The translations under genes and the position numbers were made by a program. A stretch of DNA of 63,588 nucleotides, counting the filler, from Lenisia limosa (Eukaryota > Protista > Breviatea), in NCBI GenBank assembly GCA_001655205.1. It is 13 parts of 13 records of this genome, joined end to end, with 100 filler letters (N's around TTAATTAATTAA, not from the genome) between each part and the next. Parts side by side here need not be neighbours in the genome. Positions count along the whole stretch, not along the records: positions 36,184 to 45,557 come from LPNZ01011280.1; positions 45,658 to 48,304 come from LPNZ01004537.1; positions 48,405 to 53,363 come from LPNZ01006713.1; 10 more parts are not named here. The stretch is one strand, 5' to 3'. The notes under the pieces were generated by a model that was not told the origin of the DNA, searched no databases, and saw only the letters and a list, made by a program, of their open reading frames with translations. Of the stretch, positions 36,200 through 49,659 are shown piece by piece (within the stretch, counting starts at the first letter, position 1; every line of letters starts with the position of its first letter).

Positions 36200-38366
36200 A
36201 GAAGAGTCATTTGTGCACTCCTCCTCAGTCTGACACTTCAAACAGTCACTAAGCAGTTATTGCTTTTCAAAGCTCAAAGATACACATTGACTGCACTCGA
36301 GGGAAGAAAGGTTGACCTTTGGTCATATACAACTGCGTTTCATTTCTTATGTCTCAATAGCAAAATCTAATAGAACTTGCTCTCCGAGTTGAACGAGTTA
36401 TCAACATATGAGTTACGTACCTGAAGCACTGCGGAAGGTTACAGTCAGAATTATCAGAACAAGGTTCTAAGTTTTTCTTGACCGCCTCCTGTGGGGGGGG
36501 GGGTGATTGAAGACCGGTAGTAGAGAGAACAAAAACCCAACGTGTTCATACTTTTATGATTGAAGATAAATGATTGAGGGGAGGGAGGGAAACCATGATC
36601 CCAACTAGTGAGAGTAATACATGAAATATTATTGACGCGATTCAGGTCATCACGTCCAAATCTTTTTTGCTCACAATGTAGGAACCACAGTTCGTCTCTT
36701 TGAAGTGAATCTTCTTGCAAACTTCAAGGTCTTTTCCGCACTTGCTGAATCGTGAGCCGTGGACATAATGAAAAAAACCAACCACACCCAAGACGCATCA
36801 CTCCAGCCACTATGTTATGTTTTGAAGGGGCTATGTCAAAACAAATATCCAATAAAAGGCATCAGGTCTCGATAACGCCCCCGTGCATACTATTGTCTCG
36901 TGCAAACTTCTTTGATGGTAGTGTCGTCAACAGCCATGACATCCTAAAACGTCATTTAAATATGATGTAAAGAAAATCGTACTGAAAGGTTGTGTTTCAA
37001 AACATCAAGATTTGTTTGCCTAAACATAATATGTCGAAAATGGGTTGACCACTCACCCATGCAGCAGTGCCAAGATCGCACCAAGTCGCAAAGAGGCCTT
37101 CAAAATCCAAGAGAATCGCTATGTAGTCAGGAGCGAATAAGATGGAAGAGGGAATTAACCTTAGTCTAACCACTCCAGCTGAGCATCTAAGCAGTGGCTC
37201 AACTACAAACAGCATTTTCTGACAAATCAACGTCCAACATACGGCTACTACAGACGTTGTCCTTGCAAAGGTCCATAGTATCACCGCAGTCCGTGTCATC
37301 AATGCATTGCACACACACCTGCTGGATCATACACATCAGTTACATCGAAGATATTCCAACACTCCAACTTATAATAGGCTTTACCCCCCCCCTCCCTGGG
37401 CTTGCTTTTGTTTTTGTGTTTTTATCATCTGGCTTTTGTCTAGTTTTAGCGTTGGTTGCTCGTGTNNNNNNNNNNNNNNNNNNNNNNNNNNNNNNNNNNN
37501 NNNNNNNNNNNNNNNNNNNNNNNNNNNNNNNNNNNNNNNNNNNNNNNNNNNNNNNNNNNNNNNNNNNNNNNNNNNNNNNNNNNNNNNNNNNNNNNNNNNN
37601 NNNNNNNNNNNNNNNNNNNNNNNNNNNNNNNNNNNNNNNNNNNNNNNNNNNNNNNNNNNNNNNNNNNNNNNNNNNNNNNNNNCATAAACCTTCACTAAAA
37701 CACCCACCTTGTTAAGGCATCTAGGGTGCTGTGAAGACTTTTGGTCAGCACCAGTACAGTTGGCGTCGTGCGAGCACTCGAGGTCCATTTCTGGTTTGTA
37801 AATCATGATGCTAGATGATTCACTAACTCCTAATACACCAGGAAAATAATCGGGTTTTATCTGTATATATATACATTGTTTTTATATACATACAATGAGA
37901 TGAGCTCATAATTTCGATTCCAATGAAAGACCAGGTAAATATAGATAAAAAACATGTTTTAAACTAAGTGAAGCTCAAGCTAGGAGGTATATATATACAA
38001 AAGTAAGAAAATAGCCTCCTGTGTTCAAGTCAAAATGCTCACCCCAGGAATACTCGCTGGTGCAGTATCTGTCACCATCCTTCACTCCAACATCAATATA
38101 CGTGTCCCTAAAAAGGTTAAAGACAGATCATCACCCCTCCCTTCTGAGCCATCAGAGGATGCTTGTCGACGAATTGGGAGAATATGGTCCTCCTATATGC
38201 CCCAAATGGAAAATTACATAAAGCCAGATTCAATTGAAAGTTTACTCCCCCCTACTCTACGAACTCCTTTTCTGCCTCATACAGCTTATCAAATTCAGAA
38301 AAATCAACCGTCGAGCCTTGGAAGTAAGAAGAGGAAGGGCGGATATGAAAGGAAAAAGAAAAACAT
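36200..38366 (-). CDS. Cys-rich, probably secreted protein (boundaries uncertain)
   Basis: Exons read GTRYIDVGVKDGDRYCTSEYSW, LECSHDANCTGADQKSSQHPRCLNK and VCVQCIDDTDCGDTMDLCKDNVCSS. Confidence 0.45.
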
Positions 38367-38855
38367 GTAGATTAAGACAAATAAAATCACTGCCGCTGTA
38401 TTACACATTGATTTGAATGTGCCACAAAAGACATGAACAAATCATATTCGGTTTTAGGCAACTGTACATTCAAAAACGACCACCTTCGACTCATTTGTAC
38501 CATTCAAGTTGCGGATAGCTACAGGCGAGCGGAAGGGGGTGGGAAGGAAATCAATGACCAAGCTTACAGAATTTTGCCGAGACCAAAGCCATCAAGATGG
38601 CAACCAAAAAAAGGGATATCTTCATCATCGTGTCGTATACTTCTATAATTCTATCTCTATTATTATATACTGACTGGCTCTTTGCGATAAAAATGGGAAA
38701 AGGGCGCTTCCGCTTCCGCTTCCGCTTGTAATCCCTCTTTTGTTTCCCCGCGGTTTCCCCGCCTCATCCATTCATCCTTTACTATACAAACTTTAAAAAT
38801 CACCAACAAACATCGATTAACCGATTATTTAGTCGAATAACCGAACCGGATCTCT

Positions 38856-41337
38856 ATGAAGCTCTTCCTTCTTGCCTTGGCCTGTTTGATTGCTTCCACC
38901 CTGGCTGTTTGTGGGATTGCTTTCTCTGTTCAATGTTAAACTTGCTTTCATAAGTTGTTCTTACTTGGTTCTTGGGCCGCTCAGCCTTTGAATAGTCGCA
39001 CCACCTTCCTCTCGTCACCCCGAAACACCACTATTAGGGTGTATAAATATTAGGGACATTAAATAATCGACGTTTTCTTGACATACTAATCCGCTCCAAT
39101 AAGACTTTGTTTATTAAGGCAACTGTGAAAAGGGAAATAGTAAATAGTCTGTTGATACAGACTCCAGCAGAGGACTTGTCTTACCGTGGACAACTCACCC
39201 TCTTAGGCGCCAACATGCCAAACTATGGAGACAATCTACCCCTACCTCTCCCCAGGAAAGCTCGCATTGACAAAGTTGGTGGTGCAAAGGAGATTTTTTC
39301 CATATTTGTATCTACTAGTGTGTTATGGATTCTTGCTTACATTCTTCCAATTTATCCTTCAATCACATTTTGAGATTTTATAAAATCTTTGGGACACAGA
39401 AGAATACGGCTCCCCATTTCACTAGTGTAGGAAGTACATGGAGGAAGCAAGCGAGCCTTATTCAGCCTCAACCAAGGTTGGCGGGATCGAGTCTTAAATT
39501 ATGAATATATTTGAGAACTGTTGGAACAATTCTGGCTTTTTTATAATATGATATATATAGTATATAGGAAGCTCTGTTTAATGACAGTGGAATATTAACC
39601 CATATTTCACCAGTGATACGATCATATGACCGACTTTCAAGTCGAAATGATGAAAGAAGTTAACATGAGGGGTTCATCCCGTGTGTATCAGAGTATTATT
39701 AAGACTTGTCGGTCAATTATCGAGTGGATATGAGGTATCATATCACTGCGTGGAAAATGATAGTTCACACGTGTGAAAATGATCCAAAAAGTGATATGAT
39801 GATTTATGTTACAGCATTTTGCTTCATTACTTCGGACAGGTCTGTGCTTCAAGTACGTTAACTGAGGTCATCAATGAAAAAGAGTGCACCAGTGACTCAG
39901 ACTGTTTCAGCAAATGCTCAACTGCGAAGGTTGGCCTTCTTGCTGTATTGCTCTAATCGTAAAAACATAATAATGGGAGGAAAATGTATCTTTGGTAAAA
40001 TGATGGATGAGGGTGTATTGGACAAGGTATTTTTCTTATCACCCTTGTCGACACTATCAGCGACAATAAAGTTCCTCTTATTTCCTCATCACGTTTGTTT
40101 AGAAGTGTGTCGAGTGTGAGTCCCATGATGACTGTCAAAATGCTGATCTTTGTTTCAATGGACGCTGTTCTGACAGTGAGGGGAGGGGTAATGAAAAAGC
40201 AACTCTTTTGTTCTGCTTTGTATATGTTTGGAAAGGGGGGGGGGGGGNNNNNNNNNNNNNNNNNNNNNNNNNNNNNNNNNNNNNNNNNNNNNNNNNNNNN
40301 NNNNNNNNNNNNNNNNNNNNNNNNNNNNNNNNNNNNNNNNNNNNNNNNNNNNNNNNNATTTTTTGTTGACTTTTCTAGCTTTGGCTGTTGACTATGGAGC
40401 GTATTACCGTCATCTCTGCAGGACCCAAATATCCGGATTTGTAAGAGGGTGCTTCAAAGAGGATATGGGATGAAACGTATTTAGGGGAAGTTTATTGTCT
40501 GCGGGTCAAAAACCTCAGATGGTGATTTAACCGGTGTAACACAAATCATAAACTCACTATTTTGGGGGGTCGTGGTCCGAAGGCATGATTTTCCATTGTA
40601 AACGTGTATGGCATATAACAGATTAGGATAGCATGGACGCTGAATTGGTTACCAAGATCTGTGCCAAGAACGAATGTCCCAACAGCCGCGAAATTTGCCG
40701 TGTTAATGTTGCCGGCTATGGCTGCAGAAACTACGCTGTGGGGGGGGGGGGNNNNNNNNNNNNNNNNNNNNNNNNNNNNNNNNNNNNNNNNNNNNNNNNN
40801 NNNNNNNNNNNNNNNNNNNNNNNNNNNNNNNNNNNNNNNNNNNNNNNNNNNNNNNNNNNNNNNNNNNNNNNNNNNNNNNNNNNNNNNNNNNNNNNNNNNN
40901 NNNNNNNNNNNNNNNNNNNNNNNNNNNNNNNNNNNNNNNNNNNNNNNNNNNNNNNNNNNNNNNNNNNNNNNNNNNNNNNNNNNNNNNNNNNNNNNNNNNN
41001 ATCATCCCTAATCTTTACTGCAGTGACTGCACGAGGTGTCGTTCTGAGGAAGACTGTGCAAATGACAGTTCTGTGAGCTGGAAATACTAGACTGTGAATA
41101 TTTATGGTGAACCAGGGTGGCATTTGTCCTTTGGCCGGACCAAATATCACTTGTTTCTTTTGTCCTTCTTTTTTTTTATTATTTACTCGCTGATCTCATT
41201 AGGTTGAGGACAAAGACTCAACAGAAGAGTGCAAGAACAAGAACCAGCTCAAGCTTGATGCCTTTGACGAGTCTGTGAGTCCTGCCTCCATCGTATCGGT
41301 CGCCGCTATTTCTGCCATCCTAGCTCTTATGCTGTAA
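38856..41337 (+). CDS. Secreted, probably GPI-anchored Cys-rich surface protein
   Basis: Signal peptide MKLFLLALACLIASTLA; repeats ECTSDSDCFSKC, KCVECESHDDCQNADLCFNGRCS and CTRCRSEEDC; C-terminus DESVSPASIVSVAAISAILALML* fits a GPI-signal pattern. Confidence 0.72.
39600..39790. repeat. Family G dispersed intronic repeat of about 190 bp
   Basis: Shares gtgatacgatcatatga...tatcagagtat...caattatc...gtggatatgaggtatcatatca...gtgaaaatg with 43555-43730. A reverse-complement partial copy is at about 35495-35550, with weaker matches near 31350 and 63240. Confidence 0.7.
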
Positions 41338-41799
41338 TCGGGTGTGTACGGGTTTAATGTATAATTTATTCTGGGGTAGTGAAGTGGTTCCTGTTACTTA
41401 AGAGTACATACACGACATTACATTAGACTACTTCGGGAAGGGGAGTTGACTGCTACGGGGTAACGGAGGAATTAAATATAATCAGTTGAAAAATTTCAAA
41501 ACAATCTGACATGATAATTAAAAATCAGGTGGGGGGGGGGGTAAAATTAGAAAATTTATGNNNNNNNNNNNNNNNNNNNNNNNNNNNNNNNNNNNNNNNN
41601 NNNNNNNNNNNNNNNNNNNNNNNNNNNNNNNNNNNNNNNNNNNNNNNNNNNNNNNNNNNNNNNNNNNNNNNNNNNNNNNNNNNNNNNNNNNNNNNNNNNN
41701 NNNNNNNNNNNNNNNNNNNNNNNNNNNNNNNNNNNNNNNNNNNNNNNNNNNNNNNNNNNNNNNNNNNNNNNNNNNNAAGCAAAACTGTAGAATAACTGA

Positions 41800-44700
41800 A
41801 AGGAGTTGCGTCGTACCTCTCTGACTTGCTGAGATTGGGATGGGGACTGGAGGGCAGCAGTCTCATTGACACCTTAAGGGATGAGGAGATATAATATGGA
41901 ACACAGTCATGAAATGAGTGAACTTTACAAATTCTTGTAGATTTTGTCTTTTGTAAACATCAAGACCAATACTCCAATTGGTGATCCGTTCTCTGAGGAA
42001 CGGTGAATGTCAATTATGGAAATGAGGAAGAACCTATGGGCTCCCTCAACTCTTGAAGCACTAAAATGCTCCTCTATTTCTCATAAATACCAACATTCTG
42101 TGGCTGTACAGGAGTTCTTCCCCCCACTTGGTTCTTTTGCGCTCTGAGGGGGAGGCGTTGCTGCCTCCTCTTTGATGCAGAGCAAGGGTTCTGGGTTCGG
42201 CCTGTGACGCTTTATCGGGTTGTTCATTGCGGCTGAGCGCATGGCTGACATCGCAAGGGGGGTCAACCCGTCTCCTTCAATCCCTGTAAGAGATAAATTC
42301 CGTTATCATATTCAATTTACCCCCCCCCCCAAATAATCAGTNNNNNNNNNNNNNNNNNNNNNNNNNNNNNNNNNNNNNNNNNNNNNNNNNNNNNNNNNNN
42401 NNNNTTAATAAAGGATACCAGTAATAGGACATAAAAACAAAGGATCCAAATATATTATAAAAGTAACAGGGCCCCAAATTTATCTTACTACTCATGACTC
42501 CTACCAGTTTTTGAGTAGGTGTTGTCATCGGACCGATATCCTAGATCGCCAGTCATTTGGGCGTCTCCAAGCCTAAATGGTTGGAACTGCAAGAAGCAAG
42601 CACGTGAGAATAAATGTCTCAGTCGAAGTGAGTACATGAATAGAACCGAACCTGATGTGAACAGCGTGATTTGTACATTGTGTTATAAAAGTCATGACTA
42701 TTGACAGGAACTCTTTTGCAAAATGCTGTCTTCGTCCAGTCTATGTTATTTCCCACGTTTCGGATCGGTAGGTGTTGAGGGACCTCAGGAAGGCGGAGTG
42801 TGGGTCCAAATTGAGCGTGCGGTCGACCTAGGAGGGGGGGGGGTAANNNNNNNNNNNNNNNNNNNNNNNNNNNNNNNNNNNNNNNNNNNNNNNNNNNNNN
42901 NNNNNNNNNNNAAGAGGGTGAACTTTTTGAACTTCAATCAACTATGAAAACATACTAAAACAACAACACAGAAGAAAAGGGGGCATCCAATGCACCTACC
43001 TGATCCGATATCTGGGGGGCCTCGGACTTAGGTACATTTTCTCTCATTGTCTTGGGGTCGGACCTACTTAAGCCATTGTGCGCCTTTGTAACCTCATCCA
43101 CCGTTCTGTCGAGGTCAGCATTGGACGGCCTTTTGTACTTGTGATTATCGCCTTTTACATTGACGGGTTAATGCTGAGCTGAAAAGGCGCATTCAACATT
43201 TTATCCAAATGACGAAAAACCAGGAACCTAATACTGTTTGAGGGAACGCTATGAAAGAGTACCTCACTCCAAAAAGCTGAATTCTCGATACTCCCTCAAT
43301 ACCAGGCATTTTTGAACCCCACAAACGTTTGAGTCACCTCGGCGAATTGGGGGATTTGAATCAAAGTACCCAGGTCATTGGCTGACTTTTGGACGAGTGT
43401 CTGGTGGAGAGTACTAGGGTGCATGTCCTGGGATATCTGCAGATGTGAGGCAAGTTACATTTCAATTGTGACTGTGAATGAACGCTTGTAATGGGTGAAA
43501 TCGTGATTCAAGTCCTATTCTACATAATCAAGGGTTTCGTTCCTTCCCATCTCCATTAGTGATATGATCATATGAACGATTTTCAAGCCAAATGATGAAT
43601 GAAGAGTGTATCAGTGTATCAAATATCAGAGTATCATTGAGACTAGTTGAGCAATTATCACAATGGTGGATATAAGGTATCATATCATTGTGTGAAAGTG
43701 AAAAAAAAGGTGAACACTGTGAAAATGCCCCACAGACTGGAGTTCACCATTTTTCGATCTTAGCCCCTTACCACAAGGAGAGTGGGGTTGTTATTGGCCG
43801 AGTCACAATCCGTGAGGAGTTTGGAGCAAACGGCCGCGTAGCGCTCAGCTAGACTGCCTCGATCCATGATGGTCTGGCACAAGTCTTGGGAGGGGGAGGT
43901 AAAAATGGATAGTTTTTTTTTATCAAAAATGACTCTGTGGGCAAGCCAAAGGTCTTGGTGATGATATGATATGAAGGAAGCAAGCCGCTGGCAAACAGAG
44001 GGTTTCGAGAGCAACAGAGGGCCGTATGGGGACCATTTCGTTGCTATAGGACGACTTGAGGATGGTGCTGAGGAGTTAACACATCAATAAATAGAAGCAA
44101 TCTTTATAATACACAATTTCAAAAAAACAGTTTGTAACAATAGTGAAAAGAACTGCAGTGTTTCCGGCGTCACTTCGGCTTCAAAATGTAGATTTGTCCA
44201 GAATTTATCGGTAGATTCTAAGACAACCTGCAATTATCGAGGAAATTATTGAAAAAAAAAATAATAATGAAATGGAGTTTTCGTTATAAAATATTCCATT
44301 TCACATTGTATAACTAATACGGAGTCCTGATAAATCAGTCATTATTCAGCACACCTCATTGCTTCGGGTGCACAATCCGAGATGGGAACCTTGATTTTGG
44401 TCATCTGCTGCTTTGCCGACAGTTGGACTTCCGACACCATATCGTAGAGGACATCAAGGCGAGATGCGAGCATGCACTGGGGGGGGGGGTAAAGTTTGTC
44501 GCAAACCTTTTTTTTGGGACAAGAAATATTATACATTAGNNNNNNNNNNNNNNNNNNNNNNNNNNNNNNNNNNNNNNNNNNNNNNNNNNNNNNNNNNNNN
44601 NNNNNNNNNNNNNNNNNNNNNNNNNNNNNNNNNNNNNNNNNNNNNNNNNNNNNNNNNNNNNNNNNNNNNNNNNNNNNNNNNNNNNNNNNNNNNNNNNNNN

Positions 44701-45380
44701 NNNNNNNNNNNNNNNNNNNNAAAGGAATTGAGGTCGTAATACACAGCTCACTCTTCTCCCATTGAGTTCCAAATCGGGAAGGATAAAACGAACGTCAGCC
44801 GACATATCCGTGAAGGCCACTTTGGCCATATCCGTAGCCACACTGCTGCTCCAGTTATTGGGCCATTGACCGAGGGCTGGCACGCGATGGTTCAGGAAAC
44901 CGTCGCAAATATCCTTGAATTCCGAGACCTGTTNNNNNNNNNNNNNNNNNNNNNNNNNNNNNNNNNNNNNNNNNNNNNNNNNNNNNNNNNNNNNNNNNNN
45001 NNNNNNNNNNNNNNNNNNNNNNNNNNNNNNNNNNNNNNNNNNNNNNNNNNNNTTGAGAAACCCAGATCATTGATTCGCCTCAAACATGCAAGTCGTCAGC
45101 TAAGGCGGCGAGGCCGGAGTAGTCTGCAGGGTCTGGCAGCTGGGGAACAAGCCCTGTGTAGGCCCATTCAATCAGACCTGCAACTGACTAATATGGTAAG
45201 TCATCTAGTTCAATTCGCGATTAGGGATACAGCCCCATTAATAAGCGAAAATAGTTCTCACCATGAAGGGGTATTTTGTCAGTTTGATGGGTGTGTGCTC
45301 AGACAGCTGTATTTCCAGATCCTGAACAGTCAGCTGCCTCGATAGCCCTTTGGGAAAACCGTCTCATTGTCTTGAGAAAA
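41800..45380 (-). CDS. Tandem BTB/POZ-domain protein, 5' truncated; the 3' exons may belong to a separate gene
   Basis: Reads LIEWAYTG...LAALADDLH|VSEFKDICDGFL, then DMAKVAFTDMSADVRFIL, CMLASRLDVLYDM..KIKVPISDCAPEAM|STILKSSYSNEM. This is the end of one BTB domain followed by a second. Confidence 0.6.
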
Positions 45381-45738
45381 AAACTCTCACTATTAGAAAA
45401 ACCAACTTTTTTTGAGAGAAGAAATACACCATGTCTTGCTAACGACCCCTCTCCAGTCCCCAAAATATGATTTTACTAGAATCCCCCCACTCACACTGGA
45501 ATCCTGCACTCAATTAAGCCGTCCCACTGGAATCCAGCACTCAAAAAAAAAAAAAAANNNNNNNNNNNNNNNNNNNNNNNNNNNNNNNNNNNNNNNNNNN
45601 NTTAATTAATTAANNNNNNNNNNNNNNNNNNNNNNNNNNNNNNNNNNNNNNNNNNNNATGGGAAAGTGGCCTTCAAGTGATATGCTGTACAACTACTATG
45701 ACGATGACGTGGGGTGGAGGGGGTATTGTGAGATGACA

Positions 45739-45789
45739 GTGATATTGTGGATATATTATACTCTGAGTATAATATATCCACAATATCAC
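45739..45789. repeat. Perfect palindrome (25-bp arms, 1-nt spacer)
   Basis: GTGATATTGTGGATATATTATACTC, then T, then GAGTATAATATATCCACAATATCAC. Confidence 0.95.
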
Positions 45790-46129
45790 GAAGGAATTGT
45801 GAAAAGTAACTGTTTTTTTATTATTATTATTATTTTTTTTTTTTTCAAGAAACAGAGAACAGAAAGCACTATATGTATGTATATTGCTNNNNNNNNNNNN
45901 NNNNNNNNNNNNNNNNNNNNNNNNNNNNNNNNNNNNNNNNNNNNNNNNNNNNNNNNNNNNNNNNNNNNNNNNNNNNNNNNNNNNTCCAAAAAAGAGTGAA
46001 TTTCTCGATAAGTACTCGATAAATCCTTTGGTCAGCCTTTTGGAAAAGCTCTATCCCAGGTATTCTCTAAAGGATTCTATACAATCAAAATAGCATCACT
46101 CTCCCCCTTCTTTGTTTTGTCTAATCCCC

Positions 46130-47810
46130 CCAGAACCAGGCCTCACAGGGCTATGCCGCAACAGCCGACTTCTCCATCCCGGTCCGCCACCTGTTTTTCA
46201 GACCTGTTGAAATTATCGGCGCTGGCAATAGCGATCTTTCTGGAGTTTATGGATTTAGAGTGGGAATGGATTTACGGATTTTTTGCCTCACTTTTGGTTC
46301 CAAAAGACATGTAAAATATCTATATTTCTCGACGATTTATCGGGGATTCAGTCTTTTTTGGAACCGAAAGTGAAGCTCTATAGAGTGGGAAGGGGTTTAC
46401 AGATTTTGAGTGGGTAATGGTTTAGGGATTTATAATATTGAAAATGATCTCATTTGAAATATAGAGTTTGATAGTTAGGTAAGGAGGGTTAGGGGTTTAT
46501 GGATTTATTTCTTTATTTTAAAAAAGGTGGAGCATGCTGTACTGGGCCAAACTGGTTACACACATAACCCTAAATGGACTTGCACCACTTGTGTACTGCT
46601 TCAACCTCTTCTCGTTACTAATCTTTCTGAAATTAACATACCATTGTGATTATTATATATATTAATAGAAACAACTATTCTGGGATTCTCCTATCAAAAG
46701 CTTCTTTTTTATTGAAAATAATACTACTCTTTTGTTGAAAGCAGGTCGCTAAACCAAATTTATGACACCATGTAACCAAGCCGCAAATGTGCAAAATCCA
46801 CGCTGTATCACTATGAGCTATATCATAAAGTGACACTTTCCCTATTTGGCAGTTGCAACTAATCCAAAACACAGCCTTTCACCTTTCCGAGAGGTAATCA
46901 GGGAAGAATTGAGGTGCCCCAGGAGGTTCCAATTCCTTGCTACATATGATTAGAACGAAAGCGTAACTACCAACTGAGAGCAATTTCGGTATATTTCACA
47001 AGCTGGTGGGGAATACAGGCGAAACCAGCTTGTGCAACGGCCCGCCCATTACTCAGAAAGTGGACCCAAAAAATGTCATCACGAGGCCGCCAATCTAAAC
47101 AAAATACTGTTGTGATTGTAATCAAGCCTGGGAAGAAAAATCAGCCAAACAAGATCAGCACCTGGATGATGCTCCGAAAGCCATAGAATCATTTCAGTCA
47201 GTGATACTGCATTCATTTCATTGCCCTCCCGAGCATTATCAGATATGATAGGATGACCAGCCACTTGGCTATTATGGAGTTCTCTGAATGAAAACTCTCT
47301 AAAATAAAGATTCTCAAACCTCTGACAGAATTAAATTCAACTTCACTTTATCCTCCTCCCAAGAAGTGGTTGGTATTTTCCCTCAAAATTGGTGGAAGCT
47401 GGCCGTGAACATCGGCAGAAAGCGGGACGGAGAATTCGCTTCCGATGCCGTGAGCTTTTGCGACCTCGGGGAAGCGTTTCAGTCACTTAAAGGCAAAGAT
47501 GTCAATAGTGGAGAAGGCGAGGTAATCAGCAGTTGTCTCAACATTGCTATGTCCAAGAGCATTAAAAGTTCAGAGGGAAACTTTCCCCAGGTCCACAATG
47601 ACACGTGTATCAAGAAAATGCACAGAAAAACACTTTTGTATTCAAAATTTGCAGCAATGCTGTAATACTCTGAAGAAATCCTCAAATCCCACCCTTTCTC
47701 GTGTCTTGCTCATTGTCTCGGGGACCCGAATGTACACCTTCTTGTCCTCTTTGGAGATAAAGATGCTCTTGGGGCCTCGAGATAGGCACCAATAGAAAGA
47801 GAAGCGCAGC
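46130..47810 (-). CDS. Uncharacterised multi-exon protein
   Basis: In-phase splicing gives ...EMILWLSEHHP|DWRPRDDIFWVHFLSNGRAVAQAGFACIPHQLVKYTEIALS|CKELEPPGAPQFFPDYLSER. No family was recognised. Confidence 0.45.
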
Positions 47811-48559
47811 CTAGGTAATTCAGTTAGTTGTAGTCAAATAATACGAGAGGTCATTTAAAGTGAGGGAGAGAAAAAGAAAGATATTTTTAGTTTAGTGGCC
47901 TGCTTTAATTCTGAATTGAGTTACCGTACATTGTCACATGATCACCAATGATGACAATAATGATCTTCAAAATCTGTAATNNNNNNNNNNNNNNNNNNNN
48001 NNNNNNNNNNNNNNNNNNNNNNNNNNNNNNNNNNNNNNNNNNNNNNNNNNNNNNNNNNNNNNNNNNNNNNNNNNNCTACACAGACCCTCCCAGAGTTTGT
48101 TCAAGAAAATTCTTTCAGTCCGCTTTACGCAGACCGGGGCTCTTGCATCGTCACAGATGCGTTCTACTCCCCTGATGTAGGCGGTTTAATTGGATGTTTT
48201 TCCTAAAATGGGTAAAGTAACGGTATAGTATATGCTGGGGAGGTACGCAGAAAGCTGTGTGCACAGAGTTGTAAGGCAAATGATTGGGTGAATTATTATT
48301 ATACNNNNNNNNNNNNNNNNNNNNNNNNNNNNNNNNNNNNNNNNNNNNTTAATTAATTAANNNNNNNNNNNNNNNNNNNNNNNNNNNNNNNNNNNNNNNN
48401 NNNNTATCTGAAACTCCAAACAAATAAAACAAAAGCAATAATAAACAGGAGCAACCAGTGCTAAAACTAGACAAAAAACAAAAACAAGGGGGGGTGTGTG
48501 AGGCGAGTGTTTTCAGAATTCAGGCTTGTATACTTACACCATCTCCATTAATACCCCCT

Positions 48560-49540
48560 CCCCAACCCAACCATGGCCATTGCGACTTTGCGGAGTTCTT
48601 CGACTGCGGTCCTGTCCGTACGGCCTACTACCGTCTATGGAGGGTTAGTAATTATCTTAGTATCTAAAGGGGGATGCTGTGGTCCCAAAAAGGACCGAAT
48701 ATCTCAATAAATCCTTGATAAAAAAACGGTCTTTTTTTGGATCGTAGGGAAGGCCTAGCTATATAAAAAGGGAGATGCTAGGGTTAGTGATTAACTTTAA
48801 TCCTGGAAAAACAAATTGAAGTGTCTGAAATGGTAAAATATGTCTCACTTCAAATTGTTAATATTAATATTATACAGACACGGGGTATACTGGCATCAGG
48901 CCACACTACACCCGCCTTCCATACTATTGGGTAATACCCCCCTCACTGCTGTTCGGCATCTGCGGCTCCTGGCGGGGCGAGGGGCCGGCAGGAGGGCCCA
49001 TACCATCGAAGTTTGAGAAGTAGTCTTCGTCACTATCAGGGTCGTCATGGAACCTGGGGGCAGAGGTGAGCATTTTGAAACCAATAATTGGTATCATGTA
49101 TATATATGACAATGAGAAATAGAAAACAAGGTTGTATCTGGCCGNNNNNNNNNNNNNNNNNNNNNNNNNNNNNNNNNNNNNNNNNNNNNNNNNNNNNACA
49201 ACTCTGTGCACACAGCTTTCTGCGCATCCCCAGCACTTAACCCCCCAAAAAATAAAACAAAAAAAAAAAATACAAAAAAATACAAAAAAATACAAAAAAA
49301 TAATAATAATATAGCTATATGATTTGCTATCACACAGTATCCCCCCTACACGCCACCCCGCGCCGGGCCGAGTGGTCTGTCTCCAAGATTCTGGGGAGTC
49401 AGGTGGATCAAAGGTCGGAAGTTGAAAAGTGTTGCGTGAAATTTTCGTTACATAAACATGAAACGGTGCGCTTTGGTTGAGGCATTTTCGTATATAAACA
49501 TGAAACGGTGTGCTTTGGTGGAGGTATTTTGGTTCCAAAA
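48560..49540 (-). CDS. Unidentified exons (acidic/Pro-rich); either a separate gene or the tail of the PSI-TM gene
   Basis: Open segments PDSPESWRQTTRPGA, FHDDPDSDEDYFSNFDGMGPP and TVVGRTDRTAVEELRKVAMAM have plausible splice sites. Confidence 0.35.
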
Positions 49541-49659
49541 ATATGGAGCTCTAGAACTGTCCGAGCCAAAAGGGATACTCTCAGACTCTCTTTTGAGTTC
49601 TATTTCGATGTTAGGAGATAATATATTTATTAAACGATGATATTTTCTCTTCATTTCAT

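Noticed and set aside
46900-46990. Possible tRNA-like sequence
   Set aside because: There is no cloverleaf or proper T-loop, and the region is better explained as exon and intron of the minus-strand gene.
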